From: Candidatus Eiseniibacteriota bacterium
GTDB lineage: Bacteria; Eisenbacteria; RBG-16-71-46; CAIMUX01; VGJL01
Assembly: GCA_041946735.1 (NCBI GenBank)
Contig: JBHGAY010000003.1
Span: 128,001-192,000 of the forward strand
Direction: 5' to 3'
Length of the DNA stretch: 64,000 bases
Positions 41,457 through 50,576 of the stretch are shown here, piece by piece. The notes under the pieces are model-generated. The model had not been told where the DNA came from. It did no database searches and worked only from the letters and a program-made list of their open reading frames with translations. Position 1 is the stretch's first letter; each line of letters starts with the position of its first letter. A program made the translations under genes and the position numbers.

Positions 41457-42083
41457 CTAGCGATACATGTGCTTGACTTTTCCCCACGTGGACTGGTCGA
41501 CCGCCGTCGGCTCGTGGGAGCCGAAGAACTTCGCCATCCAGTAGAAGCTCATTCCAGGACCCTCCCAAAGGGAGCAATCCCAACTCCAGCAGTGGGGGAT
41601 GATGTCGCCGTAGAGCGCGAACGAGCTGACGCTCTCGACGACCACGCGGTAGTTGATGTGATACGTCTGACCGGCCTGTACGTATACCGCCGGGGCGAGA
41701 TCGACGCCCTGCCAACCGATAGCCTCCACCTGCTGGAATTCCCCGCTCGCGAGGATGGCTCCGGTCGGACAGCCTGAGCCGTCGTCCTCGCGGATCTCCA
41801 CCGACGCCGGCCCCGCGATCTCACCGGCCATGAACTCGACGCGCTCGAGATAGTAGCTCTGACCAGCGACGTACGTGGGTCCCTGGCACTGCGCGCCGTA
41901 ATGCCACGTTCCATCGAGGGGAAGATCGACATTCCATCCTTCGATGAAATCCCTGCGCCCCTCGATCGTGATCCCGAGTGGATCGCCCGACTGGATCGAT
42001 CCGTTCAGAACGCCATCTGCCGAGGCGGTCGCGGCCAAGGTCGCGACGAAAAGCGTAGCCAACACGATGAGCGAAAACCTCAT
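41457..42083 (-). CDS. Secreted protein with C-terminal WG..R motif
   Basis: AAGGAGG RBS; signal peptide MRFSLIV..ASA; ends PTAVDQSTWGKVKHMYR. Confidence 0.82.
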   Translation of the reverse strand: MRFSLIVLATLFVATLAATASADGVLNGSIQSGDPLGITIEGRRDFIEGWNVDLPLDGTWHYGAQCQGPTYVAGQSYYLERVEFMAGEIAGPASVEIREDDGSGCPTGAILASGEFQQVEAIGWQGVDLAPAVYVQAGQTYHINYRVVVESVSSFALYGDIIPHCWSWDCSLWEGPGMSFYWMAKFFGSHEPTAVDQSTWGKVKHMYR

Positions 42084-42250
42084 GGTGACCTCCTTCGCTG
42101 GACCTTCAGGCATGCAAGGAATCCTGCGCCAGCAAGGATACATCATTTCGGGGTCCGCCGCAGCCGATTTCGCGGCAATTGCCTGCGATTGTGGACAGCC
42201 GGAATTGGCAAGAGCACGAGAGGGCCGCTGCCCGAGCCCCGCCACCCTTG

Positions 42251-44995
42251 TCAAGGGATCCGGCGGAAGCGTACGACGCGCCCGGGCATCGAGACCTCGA
42301 CTCCCGGTTCCGCCCCGTCGAGGTCGAAGCGCGCCGTCACGCCTTCGGCCCCCTGAAGCCGGAAGCGGAGGCCCTCCTCCCACAGCAGAGCAGCCGGCGC
42401 ATCCCCTTCGCGATACACACTCAGAGTGGAATCCGGCGCGAAGCCAACGCGGAAGGACCATCCGTCCGGCGCCGCGTAGCTCCCGGTGAGCCGGGCGAGA
42501 GCCGGCGCGCCCGGACCGGCGGCGGCGCGCGGGGCCGGCCGCACCCGGGGTGCCGCGAGCCCGGCGGTCGCCTCGGCATGCGCGCCATCCGCATCGGGAA
42601 GCCGGAGCGCCTCGGCGTACCAGCGAAGCGCCTCGTCCCGCCGTCCTGCTGCATCGCACGAATGCCCCAAGCGCAGCGACGCGATCGTGACTGCAGGATC
42701 GAGCGCCATCCAGGGGCGGCGCCCCTCGACCGCGTCGCGCCAGCACTCCTCTGCGGCCGCGAAGTCCCCCTGCGCCTCCAGGCACGCACCTCGTTCGACT
42801 CGCTCGCTCGCCGTTTTGCCGGCCGCCGTACGGAACCGATCGAGACGCGCGAGGGCAGAGTCGATACGCCCCGCCGCGCGCAGGGCCGCGGCGTTTTCGA
42901 GCTCGCCCAGATGCCGGCGCTCTTGGGTCCATCTCAAGATCTTCAGGCGTGGATCGAACACTACCGTGTCGGGCTTCTCCTCCACTCGGATGGAGAACGG
43001 CGTCTCTGCCGCGTCCACCCGGACCCGCTCGAAACGCGCCTCGTTGCCGCGGACGATCGCGATCTCGGCGTCCACCGGGAAGACCGTGCCCGCCTGCTTC
43101 ACGGCTCCGCGGACGATCCATCCGCCCTTCCCGTCCGTCACCCGCTCCGTCCGGGCATCCATCGCGAACTCCGGCGCTCCGCTCTGCTCAAACCAGGCGG
43201 CGAAAAAGGGGCGAAGATCCTGGCCGCTCGCGTCCTCCCATTTCCTGCGCAGATCCTCGAGCGAGATCGTCCGGCGCGCGAAGTCGCGCACCGCCGCACG
43301 CAGGCCGGCCGTGAACGCCGCCTCGCCGATCCGCTCGCGCAGCATTTCGTAGACGAACTGTCCCTTCCGGTCGGCCAGGGAATGCAGCGTCATCTGATCC
43401 CTCGTCCCCGGCCGCGGCGCGGCGGCGATCGGCAGGTCCAGCTCCGGCCTCCCCGCGAAGCTCGTGAAGTACTCGCGCGCGGATTGCCGGTAGGCCGGGA
43501 CGCCGTTGTTCAGGAAGACAAGCGCGGCTTCGTCCCCCTCGATTGCGCGGATCGCGCGAACCGCCATCATCTGCGCGAGCCCCTCGGACACGACGGCGCC
43601 GGCGCTGCCCACCAGATTGCCCCACCAACTGTGGCCCAGCTCATGCGCGAGAAGGGGCAGCGGGACCCGGTCGTCCGGCAGCATACCTGTCGGAAAGAGG
43701 TTCATTCCCTGCTCGCTCGATCCGCCGAGCGAGCCGACGCGCGTCGCGGGGATCTCGACGATCGCATAGCCGTCGTAGGGGTACATTTCGTGCGTCTCGC
43801 GCTCGACCGCGAGGATCCGCGCGAGCATGGGAAGATAGAGGTCGGCCTTCGCCTGCCCCCCCTCCAGCAAGTGGACTGCAACCGGCGTCCCTGTGACCTG
43901 CTCCTCCCGGTCGAACGTGCGCGCGGCCGCGAAGGAGAAGTCGCTCGGGACGGAGACTTTGAACCGCTGCTCCTCGCGAGCGTCGCCGAGCGCCGGCGTC
44001 TTGCCCGCAGGCCGGCCACTGCAGGCGACCGTGAGTCCCGCGGGCACCTCGAAGCGGATCGTCCCGCGCGCCTTCGAACCATCTCCCAAGAGCCGCGGAT
44101 ACCAGTTCGTTACCCAGCTCGCGAAGGAGCCCTCCGGCGAGATAGCGACCTGCGAGTAGCCGAACTCCTTCGTCTCGTTGAACAAACTTCCCGCGTAACG
44201 CACCGTGAACTGGACCGTATCCCCATCCTTGGCCGCCTTCGGCAGGGTCACGAAGAGCGCATCGGCGCGCCGCTCGAACGCAAGCTCTTCACCATCCTTC
44301 CCCGTGACCTTGGAAACGGCGAGGCCGCGATTCAAGGAAAGGACGGCGACGTCGAGATCCGGTTCGAGTGCGCGGAGCTTGATTGCCGCCTCCGCTTCCA
44401 TCCGTCCCTCTTCCGGAAAGAGGGCCACAGCGAGATCGGTCTTCTCGGCGCGCGCGACCTCGCGAGTCTCCTTCTCCGCGATGATCCAGACGCGGCAGTC
44501 GCGCGAACGCAGGTCGATCCGGCTCCACGCGGGGATCACATGCTCCCTCCCGTTCTGGCGGTAGAGGACCCATTGCATCACGAGCGCTCGCCAGGGGTTC
44601 GGCGGCTTTCCGGTGATCCCGGCCAGCCGGTGCCCGCACTCCAGGCTGTCCAATGCGAAGAGCCCTTGCAGATCGTCGCGGGTCTTTTGCCTCAGCGACG
44701 CGTCCGTATCGTCGTAGAGATCGAGGACGGCGGCGGTGTCCTTCGCCGCCATCCCCTCGTCGCGCCGCGTCAAGATCCGTTCGACGATCTCGTGATCGGT
44801 CAGCGGAGCGTACCCGTCGGCGGCCCGCGCCTCCTGCGGGCGCACGCCGATGAGCGCCGCGGCGCACACCGTCGCGCACGTCGCTGCGACGAGGAGTGCC
44901 GGGATCGTGAACCGCGCGAATCTCCGGCCAGCCCTAGCGCGCCCGCCAGCCGGCCTGCAACCCGATCGTGTCGAGATCCCGAGGATCGAAGACAT
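42251..44995 (-). CDS. M1-family (gluzincin) aminopeptidase with TPR C-terminus
   Basis: AHELGHSWWGN..SEGLA; KG.FV..MLRERIGE; FF..WF; start uncertain because it overlaps the GntR gene. Confidence 0.85.
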   Translation of the reverse strand: MSSILGISTRSGCRPAGGRARAGRRFARFTIPALLVAATCATVCAAALIGVRPQEARAADGYAPLTDHEIVERILTRRDEGMAAKDTAAVLDLYDDTDASLRQKTRDDLQGLFALDSLECGHRLAGITGKPPNPWRALVMQWVLYRQNGREHVIPAWSRIDLRSRDCRVWIIAEKETREVARAEKTDLAVALFPEEGRMEAEAAIKLRALEPDLDVAVLSLNRGLAVSKVTGKDGEELAFERRADALFVTLPKAAKDGDTVQFTVRYAGSLFNETKEFGYSQVAISPEGSFASWVTNWYPRLLGDGSKARGTIRFEVPAGLTVACSGRPAGKTPALGDAREEQRFKVSVPSDFSFAAARTFDREEQVTGTPVAVHLLEGGQAKADLYLPMLARILAVERETHEMYPYDGYAIVEIPATRVGSLGGSSEQGMNLFPTGMLPDDRVPLPLLAHELGHSWWGNLVGSAGAVVSEGLAQMMAVRAIRAIEGDEAALVFLNNGVPAYRQSAREYFTSFAGRPELDLPIAAAPRPGTRDQMTLHSLADRKGQFVYEMLRERIGEAAFTAGLRAAVRDFARRTISLEDLRRKWEDASGQDLRPFFAAWFEQSGAPEFAMDARTERVTDGKGGWIVRGAVKQAGTVFPVDAEIAIVRGNEARFERVRVDAAETPFSIRVEEKPDTVVFDPRLKILRWTQERRHLGELENAAALRAAGRIDSALARLDRFRTAAGKTASERVERGACLEAQGDFAAAEECWRDAVEGRRPWMALDPAVTIASLRLGHSCDAAGRRDEALRWYAEALRLPDADGAHAEATAGLAAPRVRPAPRAAAGPGAPALARLTGSYAAPDGWSFRVGFAPDSTLSVYREGDAPAALLWEEGLRFRLQGAEGVTARFDLDGAEPGVEVSMPGRVVRFRRIP

Positions 44996-45893
44996 ACCGC
45001 ACCTCGTGCACGCGCGGATCTCGCCGCGCCGTTTCGGACAACCTCCCCCATTCGCGCGGGGGGAAGAGGATCGAATTTCTGCTTCGCGTTCTCGCGAGCC
45101 ACGTCTCGGGGCTCTTCACGATCACAGTCCGCAGGCGGAACTCGCTCTCGGGCAGGATCCGCGAGAGGTCCGCCGCGATGTTCCGCGCCATGGATTCGAC
45201 GCGGTCACACAGTAGGACGGAGATGCGACCGGCCAGCCCGCGCGCCGCATGCCGCAATCGGTCGCGCAGCGCCGGATCGGGGACGATGGCGGCGAAGCGG
45301 ACTTCCGCCAGCCGCGCGCCGAGGAGCCGCCGCAGGTCGTTGTAGTGGAACCAGGTCGCGACGAGGGGACCCTCGGGCGGTGTGGAGGCCGGATCGAGCG
45401 GCCAGGGAAGCGCTTTGACGTCCCAATGCGCCTCGAGCTGGGCGGCGAGATCCAGGCACTGCGTCCGGCTGCACTCGATGACGTGAAGACGCGGTGTGCC
45501 GCCGCGCGGTGGCCGGGTCGCGCGATGCGCCTCGAGGAGCGCGATCAGCTCTTGCGCGCCGAGACCGTGCTCCTGCCGTGCGCGCAATAGGATTTCCTCG
45601 ACGAACCTCGCCCGTCCGGGAGTGCCGCGCCGCCCAGGCAGCTCCGCCCCCGCCTGATCGGGGAGCACGCGGGTCCCGTGCGTCCCTTCTGTCATCACCA
45701 TCCCGAGCCGCTCGAGCTCGCCGTAGGCGCGTCGGACCGTGTGGAGGTTCACGCCCCAGAGGGCCGCCGCCTGGCGAAGCGGAGGCAGGCACACGCCCGC
45801 GGCGATCGCGCCGGTCGCGATCCGGTAGCGAATCGCTTCGGAGAGCTGGTGGTAGAGGGGGATGGGGCTGCGGGGGTCGAGGTTCAGGCGCAT
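44934..45893 (-). CDS. GntR-family (YtrA-like wHTH) transcriptional regulator with extended C-terminal domain
   Basis: PIPLYHQL..LPPLRQAA..GVNLHTVRRAY.ELE..G....GT.V. Confidence 0.9.
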   Translation of the reverse strand: MRLNLDPRSPIPLYHQLSEAIRYRIATGAIAAGVCLPPLRQAAALWGVNLHTVRRAYGELERLGMVMTEGTHGTRVLPDQAGAELPGRRGTPGRARFVEEILLRARQEHGLGAQELIALLEAHRATRPPRGGTPRLHVIECSRTQCLDLAAQLEAHWDVKALPWPLDPASTPPEGPLVATWFHYNDLRRLLGARLAEVRFAAIVPDPALRDRLRHAARGLAGRISVLLCDRVESMARNIAADLSRILPESEFRLRTVIVKSPETWLARTRSRNSILFPPREWGRLSETARRDPRVHEVRYVFDPRDLDTIGLQAGWRAR

Positions 45894-45896
45894 GCG

Positions 45897-45928
45897 CGCA
45901 TGTTATAGAACACTAGAACACGCGTCAA
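45897..45928 (-). promoter_or_regulatory. sigma70 promoter (TTGACG-17-TAACAT) overlapped by a palindromic GntR-type operator
   Basis: -35 at 45928-45923, -10 at 45905-45900; imperfect palindrome TGTTATAG-AACA-CTAGAACA at 45901-45920. Confidence 0.72.
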
Positions 45929-46223
45929 GCGCGCATCGCGGCGCGGGGTCGGGCGGGCGAAAGACGCATCTCCCCGCGGCCCGGCGCCGGTGACGGAGAC
46001 GAGCGGTGCGCGGGGTGGCTCCATGGGCACCTGCCGTGAACATGCGGACTCCCCGCGCACACCGAGGATCGTTCGCAATTCCCCGCAGTTATCTGCGCAA
46101 TGCGGCCGGCGGCGCAAGATCGCGCAGTCGGCATCGCCCTCATGCTTGTATCGTATGCAGGATTCACGCGCGTCGGTCTCAGGCAAGCGCGGCAGAGAGG
46201 TCGCGGAGCTGAAGGAGGCGGTC

Positions 46224-46718
46224 ATGGCATCGAAGAACCTGTCGAAGATCTATCCGTTTCTCTGGTACGCCACCGAGGCCGAGGAAGCGGCGAGATTCTA
46301 CGCGTCGATCTTCCCGGACTCCCACGTCGATCGAGTGACGCCGCTGATGGCTGACACCCCCAGCGGTCCTCCGGGTTCGGTCAAGGTCGTGGACTTCACG
46401 CTCTTCGGTCAGCGATTCCAGGCGATGAGCGCTGGACCTCATCATGAGTTCAACGATGCGATCTCCCTCACGGTGGAGTGCGAGGACCAGGCGGAAATCG
46501 ATCGGTACTGGGACGCGCTCCTCCAGGGAGGTGGCCAACCGCAAGCGTGCGGATGGCTGATCGACCGGTTCGGTGTGCGCTGGCAGATCGTCCCAGCGAT
46601 CATGGGAAAGCTGATGGCCGACGACGACCCGGCGCGCGCGAAGAGGGCGGCGGAGGCCATGTTGCAGATGATCAAGTTCGACGTGGCGGCGCTCGAGAAG
46701 GCCGCGAGGCAGGCATGA
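46224..46718 (+). CDS. VOC-family protein (PhnB / 3-demethylubiquinone-9 3-methyltransferase-like)
   Basis: IYPFLWY..AEEAARFY.SIF; FNDAIS; CGWLIDRFGVRWQI. Confidence 0.9.
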   Translation: MASKNLSKIYPFLWYATEAEEAARFYASIFPDSHVDRVTPLMADTPSGPPGSVKVVDFTLFGQRFQAMSAGPHHEFNDAISLTVECEDQAEIDRYWDALLQGGGQPQACGWLIDRFGVRWQIVPAIMGKLMADDDPARAKRAAEAMLQMIKFDVAALEKAARQA

Positions 46719-46758
46719 TCGCATCGGGATCCGATCCGATGGCCCCTGCTAGGGCGGC

Positions 46759-47406
46759 ATGAGCCGGCTCCGCTTCGGCATCACGATGTCAGCCGACGGC
46801 TACGTCGCCGGCCCTCGCCAGAGCTTGCAGAATCCGCTGGGCGAGGGTGGCGAGAAGCTTCATGAGTGGGTGGTCGGGCTGCGGACGTTCCTCGCGATCC
46901 ATGGCAAGGAAGGCGGAGCGACCGGTCCGGACGACGAGGTGGTCGCCGAGTCCGTCCAGAACATCGGCGCGACGATCATGGGCCGGCAGATGTTCGGCGG
47001 GGGCGATGGCCCGTGGGGGAGCGATCCTCCTTGGCGCGGATGGTGGGGCGACGACCCGCCGTTCCACCATCCGGTCTTCGTCCTCACGCACCATGAGCGC
47101 GAACCGCTGCCGATGAAGGGCGGCACGACCTTCTACTTCGTCACGGACGGCATTCGCGCGGCGCTCGATATGGCGAGGAAGGCCGCGAAGGGCAGGGACG
47201 TGAACCTGGCAGGCGGCGCCGACGCCGCTCAGCAATACCTGCGCGCCGGCCTGATCGACGAGATGGAGATCCACGTAGTCCCCTTGATGCTGGGGGACGG
47301 CGCGCGGCTCTTCGAGAACACGGAGGGCCGCCAGGCCGAGTACGAATGCGTCCGGGTCCTCGGCTCTCCATCCGTGAGCCACTTCAAGTACCGGCGAAAG
47401 CCCTAG
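46759..47406 (+). CDS. Dihydrofolate reductase / RibD C-terminal family protein
   Basis: MSADGYVAGP; IMGR.MF; VFVLTH; GGA...QQYLRAGLIDE..P..LG.G.RLF. Confidence 0.9.
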   Translation: MSRLRFGITMSADGYVAGPRQSLQNPLGEGGEKLHEWVVGLRTFLAIHGKEGGATGPDDEVVAESVQNIGATIMGRQMFGGGDGPWGSDPPWRGWWGDDPPFHHPVFVLTHHEREPLPMKGGTTFYFVTDGIRAALDMARKAAKGRDVNLAGGADAAQQYLRAGLIDEMEIHVVPLMLGDGARLFENTEGRQAEYECVRVLGSPSVSHFKYRRKP

Positions 47407-47505
47407 ATCGAAGATGAAGGGCGCGATGCCGGTGACCTGCTTGTCGGAGAAGCAGACGCTTCCGAGTCGATCTCGAGTCAGGCTCCCCTCTCTCGACTTG
47501 TCGAC

Positions 47506-48210
47506 CTATCGGTATTGGGCCCTGATCGCCGACCAGCTTACGATCCGCACAGAAGACGGCTCGATGGGATTGGTGACAACCACCTCGAACTGGCCGATGT
47601 TGTTGGACCATTCGCAACTGTCCATCGGGCCCAGATAGAGGCGGGTGGCTCCCTCGGGCACGATGATCTGTTGCTGGACGCCGTTCGATGTCAGGCCGTC
47701 GCCGATGAAGAACACCTGCTTCAACAACGGTGACAGCGTCAGGTAGTCGCGACTCTCTGGTGTGCCAAAATCCAAGCCCTCAGGAGCCGGAGTGTGATCC
47801 GGTTGATCGTCATTCAAGAAGACGCCGATGCAGCTCGATATCGGGCCGTTGAAGGTCGAAATCCCATTGTCCTCCCCATCCTCGTGAGGCGTCACATACC
47901 CGCCGTCGGGATGTTCCAGAGGATAATACGGATCTTGTGCCGTCCCGCCCGTCACGTTGAAGCTCATCGCCACGTCGGCCTCGAGGTGGAGGCCGGCCAC
48001 CACCTCTGGGGACTCGGACGGCGAAGAATCGCAAAGGATGCCGCCGTAACAACAACTCGCGGTGGCCCCGTCAGGCATTCCAGCCAGCCAGGGGTCCGAA
48101 TGGCCCGGGATCACGACCTCGACTACCTCGGCTCTCACTGGTGTCCAGCCAGATGCCATCAGCAAAGCGGTGAGGAGAGGAATCGACCACAGGACAGCGC
48201 ACGGTCTCAT
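47506..48210 (-). CDS. Secreted protein with C-terminal W(S)..R motif
   Basis: Signal peptide; PWLAGMP..PLLKQVFFIGDG..GATRLYLG..D; ends PSSVRIVSWSAIRAQYR. Confidence 0.82.
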   Translation of the reverse strand: MRPCAVLWSIPLLTALLMASGWTPVRAEVVEVVIPGHSDPWLAGMPDGATASCCYGGILCDSSPSESPEVVAGLHLEADVAMSFNVTGGTAQDPYYPLEHPDGGYVTPHEDGEDNGISTFNGPISSCIGVFLNDDQPDHTPAPEGLDFGTPESRDYLTLSPLLKQVFFIGDGLTSNGVQQQIIVPEGATRLYLGPMDSCEWSNNIGQFEVVVTNPIEPSSVRIVSWSAIRAQYR

Positions 48211-48568
48211 GACCTGGTCCTTTCTCTGGGAGCCTTCCCCGTACTCGGGATTAGGCGGGATCCGTTCTCCGATTCAGTTCGCGTGTACGCTCACCATCGA
48301 CAAGAGTCGCGCTGAAGAAACGCTGTGGAGTTGCGGCAAAAGCGACCGGGTTCGTGTTCGGCTTGTCCCGACGCACCTGCGGGTGGTGACTTCCCATCCG
48401 AGAACCTGCAGCAGGGTGGACTGGAGCTGCGTGCCACGTCGGCGGTCTGCCGCATCGAACCTTTGGGTACATCGTGGCATCCTGAGAAAACACCGAACCA
48501 CATCTGAACTGCCGGCCACAATCCTACGCCCCGCTGGGCTCCCGGATCCAGGCGGGGAAGAGCTGACG

Positions 48569-49084
48569 TCAGACTCTTTCGCCGTCAAGCCATGCGGCAA
48601 CCCGCGCCACCGCCACCGGCACCGCACCTGCCACGGCCGGCGTCAACTCCTCGCGGATCGTCTCGAGATCGACCGCCTCGGCGACGAGGATTGCGATCTC
48701 TTCGGGCATCGTGGCGCCCACATGCCGGCCCAGCTCGAGCGCGGTCGCGAGGTCGATCGAGTGGGATCCACCCAGTGCGCGCCCCGCGGAGGCCTCTTCG
48801 ACCCTGAGCGGGAACAGAGCGCCCGGGTGGCGCTGCCCAGTCCGGACGACATCTAGGATCAACACACGCCGGCGGCCCTGGATCAGGTCGAGCAGGTGGA
48901 AGCCGGCGACCGAGGCCTCCACGATCTCCACCCCAGGGCGCGCGGCAAGGCCCGCTGCCTCGCAAGCCCGCGCGACGACCGGCCCGAAGCCATCGTCGCT
49001 GATCAGGTCGTTACCGAGGCCGAGAACGAGAACCGGGGCGCGGACCGACTCGGCCCGAGCCCCGGTCGACGATTCCTCCGCCAT
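48569..49084 (-). CDS. Hydrogenase maturation protease
   Basis: VLGLGNDLISDDGFG; SH.IDL; last gene of the hydrogenase operon. Confidence 0.9.
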   Translation of the reverse strand: MAEESSTGARAESVRAPVLVLGLGNDLISDDGFGPVVARACEAAGLAARPGVEIVEASVAGFHLLDLIQGRRRVLILDVVRTGQRHPGALFPLRVEEASAGRALGGSHSIDLATALELGRHVGATMPEEIAILVAEAVDLETIREELTPAVAGAVPVAVARVAAWLDGERV

Positions 49085-49085
49085 C

Positions 49086-50567
49086 TCAGCAGAACCGCCG
49101 GATCGTCTCGCGCACGTCGCCATCCGGCTCATGGATCACGATCTCCATCGGCATCTTGCCGGCCGCTGCGTGCGTCGCGCATCCGAAGCAGGGATCGTAG
49201 GCGCGGAAGGCCATCTCGACCGTGTTCAGCACCTCGTCGGTGACGGCCGTCCCCTTCTTGATCAATCCGGCGGCCGCCTTCTTGATCGAGAGCGAGATGC
49301 CAGCGTTGTTGTTCGTGGTCCCGACGATCAGGTTCGCCTCCTTGATGTAGCCCTTCTCGTCGGTCTTGTAGTGGTGTGTGAGGATCCCGCGGGGCGCCTC
49401 GACGACGCCGACCCCCTCGCCGACGATCGAGGTCGGCGGCGTGTGGATCCGGTCGCTCGTGATCTCCTCGTCCTGCGCCCGCTGCGCCACGGCCTCGCAC
49501 GCGAACACCATCTCGACGACCCGCGCCCAGTGGATCGCGAGGGTGGAGTGCACCGGCTTCGCCCCGCTGCCGTCGCCGGTAAGCGTCTTGTACAGCTTCT
49601 CGTACTCCGCCTGGGCGAGCGGCGTCGCCATCCCGCCGCTCACGTTCAGCCGGCTCATCGGCGTGGCACGATAGACGCCGGAGTCGCGCCCGTCGACCAG
49701 GCCCTTCCATCCCACCTTCCTCAGATACGGGTACTTGAGATAGCTGTAGGGCAGCACCGCCTCGGCGAGGTGGTCGAGGTACTGCTTCGGCTCGTATTCG
49801 GCGAAGAGCTTGCCGTCCGGGTCGACGATCCGCACCTTCCCGTCGTAGAAGGTGACCTTCCCGTTGTCGTCGACCAGGCCGATCGAGTAGGTCTCGTGCC
49901 GGAACATGTCGGAGAGGATCAGGTCGACGTACGCTTTGTTGGCGAGGACGATCTGCTCGAAGACCCCGATCGTGGTCTTCGCGAACTCGACCATCTCCCG
50001 GCCGATCTGGATCAGCTCCTGCTGCTCCTCCTTCGTCACGCGCTTCGCCATCCCACCCGGCAGCGCGGTGACCGGGTGGATCGCCTTGCCGCCGATGATC
50101 TGCACGACGCGCTGCCCGCGCGCCCGCTGGCGGATCACCTCGGCCCCCAGCTCGAGACCGACCTTCGCCACGACGCCGAGAATGTTTCGCTGCGCCTTCG
50201 GCGCGCCCGGTCCGACGACGAAGTCGGGACCGCCGAGCGCGTAGAAGTGCGTGGTGTGATCGCCGGCGTAGAAGCCGTTGTACATCAGCTCGCGCAACTT
50301 GCGCGCCGCGCTCGGGATCGTCACGCCGTAGACCGCGTCCGCAGCCTTCACCGACGCCATGTGGTGCGCTTCGGGGCAGACGCCGCAGATGCGCGTCGTG
50401 ATCCGCGGCATCTCCTCGACCGGCCGCCCTCGCGCGAACACCTCGAAGCCGCGCAGCTCGGGGATCTGCAGGTAAGCGTTCGCCAGCTCCCCATCGTCCC
50501 CGACGAACAGGTGGATCTTGCCGTGCCCCTCCAGCCGGGTGATCGGATCGATCGTGATCTCGCGCAT
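49086..50567 (-). CDS. mvhA: [NiFe]-hydrogenase large subunit, group 3c-like
   Basis: TRLEGHG; L1 RICGVC; EAPRG; L2 AYDPCFGCATH followed by a cleavable extension. Confidence 0.95.
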   Translation of the reverse strand: MREITIDPITRLEGHGKIHLFVGDDGELANAYLQIPELRGFEVFARGRPVEEMPRITTRICGVCPEAHHMASVKAADAVYGVTIPSAARKLRELMYNGFYAGDHTTHFYALGGPDFVVGPGAPKAQRNILGVVAKVGLELGAEVIRQRARGQRVVQIIGGKAIHPVTALPGGMAKRVTKEEQQELIQIGREMVEFAKTTIGVFEQIVLANKAYVDLILSDMFRHETYSIGLVDDNGKVTFYDGKVRIVDPDGKLFAEYEPKQYLDHLAEAVLPYSYLKYPYLRKVGWKGLVDGRDSGVYRATPMSRLNVSGGMATPLAQAEYEKLYKTLTGDGSGAKPVHSTLAIHWARVVEMVFACEAVAQRAQDEEITSDRIHTPPTSIVGEGVGVVEAPRGILTHHYKTDEKGYIKEANLIVGTTNNNAGISLSIKKAAAGLIKKGTAVTDEVLNTVEMAFRAYDPCFGCATHAAAGKMPMEIVIHEPDGDVRETIRRFC

Positions 50568-50576
50568 GCTTCTGCC

